Assembly: GCA_964482235.1 (NCBI GenBank)
Contig: CAYZWU010000010.1
Location: 74,392-138,391, forward strand
Source of the DNA: an uncultured Phycisphaerales bacterium
GTDB lineage: Bacteria > Planctomycetota > B15-G4 > CAYZWU01
Reading direction: 5' to 3'
DNA: 64,000 nt
A program made the translations under genes and the position numbers. Positions within the stretch are counted from its first letter, which is position 1, and each line of letters opens with the position of its first letter. Of this stretch, positions 36,541 through 45,176 are shown piece after piece. The notes under the pieces are model-generated. The model was not told the origin of the DNA. It ran no database searches and saw only the letters and a list, made by a program, of their open reading frames with translations.

Positions 36541-39405
36541 ATGACCGGAAAACATGATTCGGATCCACCATCGAATGCGAGGAGATTCGCCAGGGTCGAG
36601 AAGATCCTGAAGCAGGAGATCGAGGACGCATTCGAGAAGGGATTCTCCTTTTTTCTCGGCACGAGTGAAGTGAAGTCGGCGATCGATCCGGGATTCAAGC
36701 TTGCTCCGGGTGAGGCTATTGCCGACTATCGCCTCGAGAAACTCGTCGGCCAGGGCGGCATGGGCCAGGTCTGGGAAGCGGTTCAGGTCTCCCTCGACCG
36801 CAAGGTGGCTCTCAAGGTGGTCCGGCCGGAAAGGATCAGCGAGCGAAGCCTGCAGCTCTTTGCCCGCGAGGCGCGCGCCGGCGGACGGCTTTCCCATCCC
36901 TCCATCGTGACGATCTTCGATCACGGGGAGAGCGAGGGCATCCACTGGATCGCCATGGAGTTCGTGGAGGGCAACTGGACGCTGGGCGACTTCATCAGCG
37001 AGATGGCCAGGCTCGAGCAGCTGCCCCAGGAATACTATCCCAACGTGGCGCGCTTCGTCGCCGAGCTGGCTGAGGCGCTCCAGACCGCACACGACGCCGG
37101 CGTCATCCACCGCGACCTGAAGCCGCAGAACGTGCTGATCACACCGGAAGACCACCCCAAGATCACCGATTTCGGACTGGCCAAGATCACGGACGAGACG
37201 TCGTACACCCGGACCGGCGACTTCGCGGGGACCTACTACTACATGAGCCCCGAGCAGGTGACGGCGGGCCGTATCGCCATCGATTTTCGCACCGACATCT
37301 TCAGCCTCGGCGTGATCTTCTACGAGATGCTGGCCCTGCGCCGGCCCTTCGAGGGCGACACGACGCACCAGATCGCGGAGCAGATCGTGCTCCACGATCC
37401 GCCGAGCCTGCTGAAGATCCGGTCGCGCATCCCGAGCGACCTGGCCGTCGTCTGTGCCAAGGCGATGGAGAAGGCGCGCGAGAGGCGGTACAAGCGGATG
37501 AACGACTTTGCCGCCGATATCCGGCGCCATCTAGGTGATGAGCCTGTCAGCGCCAGGCCGCCGGGCCCGCTGCAGAAGGCTGCAAAGAAAGTACGGCGAA
37601 ATCCGCTGGTCAGCATCGCAACGGGGCTCGTCTTTCTCTTTCTCATCGTCTTTTCCACCTACGTGGCGCTCTGGTCGAATCCGCGGATCACGGCCGAGAG
37701 GGACAAGGCGGTCAATGCCCGGAAGAAGACGAGTGAAGCGCTGGTCAAGGTGGGGGTCGAGAAGGATCGGGCCCAGAGGGCTGAGAAGAATGCCAAGCAC
37801 CAGGCTGATCTGGCCACGGAGCAGGCCCGGATCGCCGGGCAGCGCTACGACGAAATCATCCGGCTTCTCGGGCTGTCCGACGTGACGCGCCTTGAGAACC
37901 TTGCGGACGAATCGTTGTTCCTCTGGCCGGCCCTCCCGGAAAATGCGGCGGACATGCAGAAGTGGCTGGATCGTGCCCGGGAACTGACTGGTCGTCTGGA
38001 TAACCATCGCGAGGCGCTCCGTCTTCTTAGGCAAAAAGCCCTCCCTGCGGACGAGGAGGCTTATCGCTTCGACATCGAGGAGCATCCCCGCTTGTCTGAG
38101 CTCCAGGAGCTGAAGCAGGTCAAGGAAAAGATAGAAGAGAAGATCGCTTCCCTTTCAGCCGGAAAGGCTGCAGGTGGAGAGACTACCGGCGAGGCTGATG
38201 ACAAGAGGAGTGGCGCGACTCCACTGAAGGACATCGAACGGCTGGAGAAGAACCTAACCGCAGTCGAGGACAAGATCGAGATCCTTGAAAGGGAAGTGTC
38301 CACACGCCGCACCTTCTTCTTCAGCAAGACCGAGGACCAGTGGCGTCACGATATGCTTGCCTGGCTGGTTTCAACTACCGAGCGGTTCGTCGATGAAGAG
38401 GTAGGGCTCTACCAGGGCGTGGAGGCACGCCATGAGTTCGCCGCCACGGTTCGTGAGAACAGCATCGGCAAGCACGAGGAAAAATGGAACCACGCCATCG
38501 CCACGATCGCCGATCGAACTAAGTGCCCGCAGTACGATGGCCTGGTCATCGAGCCGCAGCTCGGTCTCGTTCCCATCGGCCGGGATCCGGACTCGCGTCT
38601 CTGGGAATTTGCGCACATCCAGACGGGAGAGGTGCCGGGGCGCGGACCGGACGGCACGATTGTTCTCGAGGAGGGCATGGGGCTCGTCTTCGTGCTGATT
38701 CCGGGAGGCGTTTTCAGGATGGGCGGCATACGCCCCTCCAGGGACCACCCTGTCGGCTCGCCGAATGTCGATCCCGGCGCCGTGTCCACCGAGGGACCCG
38801 TACACGATATGAGAGTCGATCCATTCTTCCTCTCGAAGTACGAGCTGACGCATGGCCAGTGGGAGCGCTTCGTGGGCCGGTATCGAATCCAAATAACGCC
38901 AAGCCGGATCATGACGGTACTGACCCGTACGGGATCGGTTCTGCGACCCGAGTTCGACGTCAACTGGGAGGACGTGATGATCTGGTGCAGCATGGTGGGT
39001 TTGCGTCTTCCGTCGGAATCCGAGTGGGAATATGCGCTCAGGGGAGGAACGACTACGCCGTTCTACTTTGGTCAGTCGGACGCGCAGCTTGACGGCCATG
39101 CCTGGTACAGAGCGAACTCGGGCGACAGGTCTCGCCCCGTGGGGGGGAAGGAGCCAAATCCTTTCGGTCTGCATGACATGCTCGGCAATGTCTGGGAGTG
39201 GTGCGCGGATTCGTGGTACGACTACTCCGCGCGCGATCCTCTTGACGCGAGCGTCATGGTGGACGTGAACACTCCTTACCGGATTACACGGGGCGGCGGT
39301 TGGGACAACACGTCAGAGTACTTCCGCTCGGCCTGCCGGAGCAGGGGCGACGTGAGCTACCGCATCAGCAACTTCGGCTTTCGCCCGGCACTCACGATTC
39401 AGTAG
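36541..39405 (+). CDS. Ser/Thr protein kinase fused to an FGE-like (sulfatase-modifying factor) domain
   Basis: Kinase motifs GQGGMGQVWEA, HRDLKPQN and DFGLAK, then a TM helix and coiled coil. The C-terminal part reads GLHDMLGNVWEWC..RGGGW..SACRSR, and only one of the two FGE catalytic Cys positions is kept. Confidence 0.85.
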   Translation: MTGKHDSDPPSNARRFARVEKILKQEIEDAFEKGFSFFLGTSEVKSAIDPGFKLAPGEAIADYRLEKLVGQGGMGQVWEAVQVSLDRKVALKVVRPERISERSLQLFAREARAGGRLSHPSIVTIFDHGESEGIHWIAMEFVEGNWTLGDFISEMARLEQLPQEYYPNVARFVAELAEALQTAHDAGVIHRDLKPQNVLITPEDHPKITDFGLAKITDETSYTRTGDFAGTYYYMSPEQVTAGRIAIDFRTDIFSLGVIFYEMLALRRPFEGDTTHQIAEQIVLHDPPSLLKIRSRIPSDLAVVCAKAMEKARERRYKRMNDFAADIRRHLGDEPVSARPPGPLQKAAKKVRRNPLVSIATGLVFLFLIVFSTYVALWSNPRITAERDKAVNARKKTSEALVKVGVEKDRAQRAEKNAKHQADLATEQARIAGQRYDEIIRLLGLSDVTRLENLADESLFLWPALPENAADMQKWLDRARELTGRLDNHREALRLLRQKALPADEEAYRFDIEEHPRLSELQELKQVKEKIEEKIASLSAGKAAGGETTGEADDKRSGATPLKDIERLEKNLTAVEDKIEILEREVSTRRTFFFSKTEDQWRHDMLAWLVSTTERFVDEEVGLYQGVEARHEFAATVRENSIGKHEEKWNHAIATIADRTKCPQYDGLVIEPQLGLVPIGRDPDSRLWEFAHIQTGEVPGRGPDGTIVLEEGMGLVFVLIPGGVFRMGGIRPSRDHPVGSPNVDPGAVSTEGPVHDMRVDPFFLSKYELTHGQWERFVGRYRIQITPSRIMTVLTRTGSVLRPEFDVNWEDVMIWCSMVGLRLPSESEWEYALRGGTTTPFYFGQSDAQLDGHAWYRANSGDRSRPVGGKEPNPFGLHDMLGNVWEWCADSWYDYSARDPLDASVMVDVNTPYRITRGGGWDNTSEYFRSACRSRGDVSYRISNFGFRPALTIQ

Positions 39406-39549
39406 CCGGATGGCCGATCCTGATCGTTGAGCAGCCCGCCTTTCGAACTTCTTCCAAGGAAATCCGATTTTCGCCGTACAGATCCCGCCAGAAGTTCGCT
39501 TTCCCGGTGAGAGCATTTGATCGAGAGCCTTTCTGCAGAGGAGAAAGTC

Positions 39550-41202
39550 ATGAAAATCAAATCAGTTGCAACTTTCCTGGGCCTTCTGATGATCGCCGCA
39601 CAGGCAAGAGGCGGGGATCAGGGAGAGGGATTCAGTCTCCGCAACCAGACCGAGTGCCGCACCTTTTCCGGTTTGACGCCTGTCGCCATGGAGGGCGACC
39701 AGGCGCCTGGATTCCCCGGGGGGGCTTGCTTTACTCGGGCCGGCGGAAAGCAGCCGGCTTTCAGGTCGGTGCGTGTGAACAGCAGCGGCCAGGTGGCGTT
39801 TTTCGCATCCATTCCCGGCCACGGGAGCGGGATCTGGACCGGCCGGCCCGGCGATCTGAAGCTCGTTGTCCGGTCGGGAGACGGAAAGGGATTCAAGCCC
39901 TCGCCTCAGTCGTTTCACTTCGATGACAAGGGACAGGTGACCTTCTTCGTCCAGTCTCAGAAGGAGATCGCCGGCCTCTGGCGTTTCGATGGGAGCGAGC
40001 TGCGTCAGCTCGTGTTCCAGAAGCCGAAAGCGAAACGAAAGAAGCGCAAGAAGAAGAGTACGGTCCGGGAACTACCCGGGAACGCACCCTGCATCGAAAC
40101 CAAGGCACCCTTCGTGCTCGGCAGGCAGGGCGAGATAGCGATCCGGGCGACGACGCCCGGTCCGAAGGCGGGAAACGCGATCTGGCACGGGACCGGCGAC
40201 GACCTGGAGCCCGTCGTCGCGATCGGCGATCCTGCCCCCGGTATGCCTGGATCGGGTGTTGTCTTCACCGACCTTTTCCCCCTGATCACGAAGGGTGAGT
40301 ATGTCCTCTTCAAGGCTGCCTTGAGCGGGCCCGGCATCGGGCGGAGCGATTATCATGGACTGTGGATACACGGGTCTGAGGGGATCCGGCTCGTCGCTCT
40401 CCTCGACTGCCGCGCTTTCGCGGAGGTGGCAAGCACATCCTTCACGGATGCCGTGACCGGCGCCGCTTCCTGCCCGGCCGCCCTCAACGCCGACGGTGTC
40501 GTGGCATTCGTGGGACGCACCTCCGGCCACGAGAGAGGGCTCTGGGTCGGGCAGGCGGGTGTTTGCCGCGTTGCCTGCCGCAAGGACGGCACGAAGGTCA
40601 CCGGCTACGTCAAGGATTTCGAGCGTCTCATCCTGCTCCTTCATGACAATGGAGGATTGCTGGTCAACAGGGGTGTCGAGATTCTTCATGGACAGCCCGA
40701 CTCCCTTGCGGTTGTTCCGACGATGCCGCGGATTCCCGCTGTCTCCATGGTGCCCAGGATGCTCAGGGGCTATTTCGTCTCGGCTGGCGGATTGCTCGCC
40801 GCCAACGCGGCGCTGCGCGACGGTCATTCCTCTGCCTGGATCGGCCGACCGGACGACATGCGGCTGATTCTGCGTGCGGGTGATGCCGTGATCCTCCCGT
40901 CGGGCGACAGGCGTGAGATCGCCCGGAACGGTATCGATCTCCGCGGGCCGCTTCATTGCCTGTATGACGGCGACTCGCTGGGGCTCGTGGTGGCGAACGA
41001 TCAGACGGCCCTGAACGACGCGGGCGCTCTGGCTGTCCGGCTCACCTTCGCGGCAGTTCCCGGTAAACACGACATGGAGCAGGGTCTCTTTCTTCTCGAC
41101 GTGAAGGACGTGCTGGCGGAGATCGAGAACAGCGTATCGATTGACGCGACCAGCGAGAACACCAAGGACGTCCAGTTTCCCTGGGAGTCGAACGGCGGCT
41201 GA
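39550..41202 (+). CDS. secreted repeat protein (six repeats of about 70 aa each)
   Basis: Signal peptide MKIKSVATFLGLLMIAAQA. Repeat pattern G.VAF.A.....G.GIW.G..GDL..V...GD.APG. Confidence 0.7.
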   Translation: MKIKSVATFLGLLMIAAQARGGDQGEGFSLRNQTECRTFSGLTPVAMEGDQAPGFPGGACFTRAGGKQPAFRSVRVNSSGQVAFFASIPGHGSGIWTGRPGDLKLVVRSGDGKGFKPSPQSFHFDDKGQVTFFVQSQKEIAGLWRFDGSELRQLVFQKPKAKRKKRKKKSTVRELPGNAPCIETKAPFVLGRQGEIAIRATTPGPKAGNAIWHGTGDDLEPVVAIGDPAPGMPGSGVVFTDLFPLITKGEYVLFKAALSGPGIGRSDYHGLWIHGSEGIRLVALLDCRAFAEVASTSFTDAVTGAASCPAALNADGVVAFVGRTSGHERGLWVGQAGVCRVACRKDGTKVTGYVKDFERLILLLHDNGGLLVNRGVEILHGQPDSLAVVPTMPRIPAVSMVPRMLRGYFVSAGGLLAANAALRDGHSSAWIGRPDDMRLILRAGDAVILPSGDRREIARNGIDLRGPLHCLYDGDSLGLVVANDQTALNDAGALAVRLTFAAVPGKHDMEQGLFLLDVKDVLAEIENSVSIDATSENTKDVQFPWESNGG

Positions 41203-41265
41203 GCGCCGTATCGATAGAAGCAGGCCTCTCGCAGGGTCTGCGTGACTTCCTCTCTGCGGCGGCGG

Positions 41266-41304
41266 CGGCCATTCGGCTGCCGCCGCTTTTTTTTGTTCGC
41301 TGCC
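41266..41304 (+). terminator. rho-independent terminator
   Basis: GCGGCGGCGGCGGCC, loop ATTC, GGCTGCCGCCGC, then TTTTTTTT. Confidence 0.8.
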
Positions 41305-41393
41305 GATTGAAGTCGGTTGGGAAACCAGCGGATGCTGACTGGACCGTAATGCTAAGTCACGGCAGCAGTTTATGAGCTCTGGCTGACCGGGGG

Positions 41394-42086
41394 CTACTCT
41401 CCATCCTTCATGAAGGCCACAATCTTCCCCAGCACTTCCTCCCGCCGGCTCTCGAAGAGCGCCTGCCCGTGCCCGCCCGTCTCGAAGAGCTCGAGCTTCT
41501 TCGGCTCCGCCGCCGTGTCGTGCATCTCCTTCACCATGGCAGCGACTTTCGGGTCGTCCTCCGCCACAACGAAGAGCTTGGGGAAAGCCAGGTCGTCCGC
41601 CGCCCCAGGGTCGCCGGCCGAGATCAGCACGAGCCCCCTGAACGCCGGATCCTTCTCGAGCTCCTTCGCCGCCTGGAGCGCGACCCATCCGCCCATGCTG
41701 CTGCCCAGCACGTAGACGCTCTTGCAGCCCCTTTCCCTGAGGAAGGAGACGGCGGCCAGGAGGTCGAGGTCGCGGTCCTTCTGCATCGGCGGGATCTTGT
41801 CCGCAGGATAGCCGCGGAAGCTGATGGCCAGGGCCGTGATCCCCTCCTTTGCGAACCACTCCACCTCCCTGGCAAAGGAGTCCTTGCCCGTGGTGTACTT
41901 CAATCCGTGTCCGAGAACGAGGCCCACCGGTCCATCGCCGGCGATTCCCGCGTCGATCGCCACACCATCCGGTGCCGTCAGCTTGAACGACTCCATACCA
42001 CCCTCCATGCAGCCGCCCGCTGCGGTGAGAACGACCAGGATGAGCAGGAACAAAGCCCGCCATTCCATCCTAACGCAGTCACTCAT
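41394..42086 (-). CDS. alpha/beta hydrolase (dienelactone hydrolase-like) lipoprotein
   Basis: Nucleophile elbow GSSMGG. GGAG RBS before the ATG at 42086. Confidence 0.75.
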   Translation of the reverse strand: MSDCVRMEWRALFLLILVVLTAAGGCMEGGMESFKLTAPDGVAIDAGIAGDGPVGLVLGHGLKYTTGKDSFAREVEWFAKEGITALAISFRGYPADKIPPMQKDRDLDLLAAVSFLRERGCKSVYVLGSSMGGWVALQAAKELEKDPAFRGLVLISAGDPGAADDLAFPKLFVVAEDDPKVAAMVKEMHDTAAEPKKLELFETGGHGQALFESRREEVLGKIVAFMKDGE

Positions 42087-42171
42087 CTTCCGCTCTCCAG
42101 TAAGTCGTCGCCAAACCGGCTCGTGATGGTGCCCTCGCTTCAGGATTACCGCTCGTGACCCGATCTGCGCG

Positions 42172-42696
42172 TCACGGCGTCCGTCCCGCCAGAAGGTCGA
42201 CGTATGCCCCGCTCACCAGATCTTCCGGCTCGATGCCGAGCGAATTCATCAGTCGGTCGGCGCATGCTTTTCCGTCCGCCTCGGTGACGCCCTCTTCCAG
42301 CACCACCTCGAGCTCCATGTAGTCGCCCAGCCCTTCGACGCGATCGAGGTGAATCCGTGTGGCTCCCGTCATGTAGAGAGTGCGCTCCTTGGCCACACGG
42401 CCGGACGTCCCGAGAGCCGTACCGAGCGCCTCCTTCAAGGCTGCCGGATCGGGGACCGCGATCACGTTGTAGCGCGACGCCTTCGCCTCGCGGGCGTCGC
42501 GCCGGTCGTAGAAGATGAGCTGACCGCCCGCCTCGCCTTGCCCTTCGACGCGCAGCTTCAGGCGCCCGGTCCGGCAGGAGAAGAAGGTGTCCTCCTGCAA
42601 GAGCACACGGCCCGGCCCGTCGGCCAGAGCGGCGGCTCTTGCCTCCACCGATTCCCGATCGCGGAGGCGCGCCTTGATCTCGATGTTGACAGGCAT
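42172..42696 (-). CDS. CYTH domain protein (CyaB-like class IV adenylyl cyclase / triphosphatase fold)
   Basis: The N-terminal EIKARL matches the CYTH ExExK signature, and the acidic C-terminal strands fit the fold. Confidence 0.8.
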   Translation of the reverse strand: MPVNIEIKARLRDRESVEARAAALADGPGRVLLQEDTFFSCRTGRLKLRVEGQGEAGGQLIFYDRRDAREAKASRYNVIAVPDPAALKEALGTALGTSGRVAKERTLYMTGATRIHLDRVEGLGDYMELEVVLEEGVTEADGKACADRLMNSLGIEPEDLVSGAYVDLLAGRTP

Positions 42697-42705
42697 GACA
42701 ACCAG

Positions 42706-43095
42706 TCAGCTGCCGCAGTTGCAGTTGCACCCGCCCTGCGGCTGCGCGAGCTCCTCGAAGGCGCCGATGCAGATCTGATCGGGATCGAGAAACATGGCGA
42801 AGAAGCCGATGTTGGGAATCTCGGTTCTCGGTACCACGATGGTGCCGCCCGCCTCCTCGACCTTCTTCACCGTCTCCTCCACGCTCTCCACCTGGAAGTA
42901 GCTCTTCATGGAGAAGGTCGGATCCTCGTCAGGCTTCTTCATGAGACCGCCGCCCGGCGGCGTGCCCGTATCGATCAGGGTGTATCCCTCCATGTGGGTA
43001 TCATTGAACGTCCAATTGAAAACCTTGCCGTAGAAGGCCTTGGTCTTCTCCACGTCACTCACCATCAGCTCGAAGTGGCAGAACGGATTTCCCAT
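42706..43095 (-). CDS. VOC (glyoxalase/bleomycin resistance) family protein
   Basis: HFELMVSDVEKTKAFY at the N-terminus and GNCNCG at the C-terminus. An alternative start is MNAIDPFF, 16 codons upstream. Confidence 0.8.
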   Translation of the reverse strand: MGNPFCHFELMVSDVEKTKAFYGKVFNWTFNDTHMEGYTLIDTGTPPGGGLMKKPDEDPTFSMKSYFQVESVEETVKKVEEAGGTIVVPRTEIPNIGFFAMFLDPDQICIGAFEELAQPQGGCNCNCGS

Positions 43096-43167
43096 CGACA
43101 GGCTCCTTCCGTGGATAGGGAAAAACGGATCGATCGCGTTCATTTGCCCGCACCCGGGATGATAACG

Positions 43168-43271
43168 CAGATACCGAGCCCGCGCAATCTCCGCCATAAT
43201 CGTGTGCGGAGGCAATAAAACTAAGTGCGGCGCCGTACGAATATGGCGGAGATTGCGCGGGCTCGGTATCT
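43168..43271. repeat. palindromic repeat family B, copy 1 (35-bp inverted arms with 1 mismatch and a 34-nt loop)
   Basis: Arms CAGATACCGAGCCCGCGCAATCTCCGCCATAATCG (43168..43202) and CGAATATGGCGGAGATTGCGCGGGCTCGGTATCTG (43237..43271). An extra partial arm lies at 43279..43297. Confidence 0.8.
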
Positions 43272-43307
43272 GCTCGGTATTGCGCGGGCTCGGTATCCAC
43301 CATATGA

Positions 43308-44921
43308 CTACTGGGGCGGTCTGTTGAGGGGAGTTGGCGCCTTCGGAAGGCCGGGGCTGCTCCTGTGGTTGTCCTTGGCGCGTCCGAGCTTGTCCAGAAA
43401 AGTGCTTTTCTTGAAATCCGAGATCCAGCGTCTGAGGATCATCCAGCCTCCGAAACGGATGAGGTTGGTCTCCCAGACACGATGCCATTTGCGCCAACCC
43501 ATCTTGATGTTCCAGAGGGAGAAGACCATGGCCGGGAAGATCAGGATGTTGCGCGCGACGGCGAACATGTTCCTGAACCGGTAGAAACGGCCCATGATCT
43601 TGCTGCTCGCCTTTTGCAGCTCTTCAGGTGACATCGGTGCGTCGGGAAGAAAGAGCGGGAAGTTGCCGTCGTAATACTCCCACCCGATGCAATCCCTGTC
43701 GAAGAGGCGTCTGTCCGCATCGAGGCGATCGGTCATCTCCGTACCCGGGAGCGGCACCGGGAGAAGAACCTGGATCGTATCGATCCGGGCTTTCCTTATG
43801 AAAGTCCTGAAACACTTCACACGTTCTTTCACCGAGAGCTGAAGGTCCGAACCGTGGGGAAGCGGATACCCGAAGATGAACATGCCGTGGACGAAGAAAC
43901 CTGCCTTGTGATAGAGATGGGTCAAGGCGATCATCTCTTCCGGCTTGATCCTCTTGCTCATGGCCTCGAGCTCCTCGGCGACAGGCGACTCGAATCCGAT
44001 GCAGACCGTGGTGACGCCGGCATCCCGCATGGCCTCGAGCAACTCCGTATCCCTGGCACGATCGAGGCGGATCTGCACGGTCAGGTTGAGCTTCGTACTG
44101 ATCGCCTTCTGGTAGTCGGCCAGCATGCGGCAGAACCGAAGCGTGTCGCTCCGTCTCTGGCCGAACAGGTCGTCCACCATGAAGAAACTCCGGGCGTTGT
44201 GCGTTTCCAGCAATGAAGCGATCTGCTCGATCATGCGCTCCACCGAGGCGGGGCGGGGTTTTCCCTTCACGGTGCAGAACTCGCAGTCCATTCCGCAGCC
44301 TCGTGTCCAGCAGATGGGGTAGATCTTGATCTTTGCGTAATGAATAAGACTGAAGTCGGGCAAGGGCAGCTCGTCGAAGTCCGTGATCGGTGCCCGCGGC
44401 GGCGTCTCGACGACCTGACCATCGCGCAGGAATGCGATGCCGGCCACATTTTCGGGTGATTTTCCGTCAACGATGGCCGTGAGAAGCTCGCGGATGCTGT
44501 TTTCACCCTCGCCCAGCACGACGTAGTCGACTCCGTTGAGCAGCGCTTCACGGACATTTTCGCCAACGAAATGCTGGCCGCCTGCAACCGTGGGGATACC
44601 TTGTGCCTTGTAGAATCGAGCCAGCTCGTACAGCCTCGGGATCGTACTGCTCAATCCTCCGTAAAGACCCACCACATCCGCGTGCCTGATGGTCTGCAAA
44701 GTGGCATGGTCGGGGCGTCCCTTCTTGTTGCGGGGCCCGAACTTGCGGTAATTGTTCTCATCGATTACCTCGGCGTTCCAGGAGTCCATTCGGTCGATCG
44801 CCGTGGCCACGCTGAGCGGTCCCAGGGCCGTGGTCCGGCGTGCTATCCTTGAGTAGATGTTGAAAGCAGGATAACCCGGGGCGATCATCCTGAAGCGCAT
44901 TCTCTGTTTTTTGTGGTACAT
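43308..44921 (-). CDS. B12-binding domain radical SAM protein
   Basis: The CGMDCEFC radical-SAM cluster motif, preceded by an N-terminal B12-binding-like domain. Confidence 0.85.
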   Translation of the reverse strand: MYHKKQRMRFRMIAPGYPAFNIYSRIARRTTALGPLSVATAIDRMDSWNAEVIDENNYRKFGPRNKKGRPDHATLQTIRHADVVGLYGGLSSTIPRLYELARFYKAQGIPTVAGGQHFVGENVREALLNGVDYVVLGEGENSIRELLTAIVDGKSPENVAGIAFLRDGQVVETPPRAPITDFDELPLPDFSLIHYAKIKIYPICWTRGCGMDCEFCTVKGKPRPASVERMIEQIASLLETHNARSFFMVDDLFGQRRSDTLRFCRMLADYQKAISTKLNLTVQIRLDRARDTELLEAMRDAGVTTVCIGFESPVAEELEAMSKRIKPEEMIALTHLYHKAGFFVHGMFIFGYPLPHGSDLQLSVKERVKCFRTFIRKARIDTIQVLLPVPLPGTEMTDRLDADRRLFDRDCIGWEYYDGNFPLFLPDAPMSPEELQKASSKIMGRFYRFRNMFAVARNILIFPAMVFSLWNIKMGWRKWHRVWETNLIRFGGWMILRRWISDFKKSTFLDKLGRAKDNHRSSPGLPKAPTPLNRPPQ

Positions 44922-45101
44922 GGCACATCCAAAATACTGGACCGGGTGCGGTTTTATGTATCTGCATCGTACCTCAATAGCGACGAAAAGCGAGCTTTCT
45001 CAAAGCATAGAGCCTCCAGTCGATATAAACCGGCTGCCTTTCAGGGAAACAGCGGGCATCTTCGTTGAAATCGAACGGGAGAAGGGTAACGGAGAGGGTT
45101 G

Positions 45102-45145
45102 AAAAAACCGGCAACCGGACTGACGACGTGTCATCCGGCTGCCGG
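45102..45145 (-). terminator. rho-independent terminator for the VIT/VWA gene
   Basis: On the minus strand the stem CCCGGCAGCCGGA / TCCGGTTGCCGG is followed by TTTTTT. Confidence 0.7.
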
Positions 45146-45176
45146 GTTTCAGATCAGGCTGAAGATTAGCCGTCGA

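Noticed and set aside
43225-43584. ORFs containing MAEIARARY: 43225..43584 (+), 55603..55914 (-), and part of 61076..61744 (-).
   Set aside because: They arise because each copy of the family-B palindromic repeat happens to contain an ATG. They are non-coding repeat sequence.
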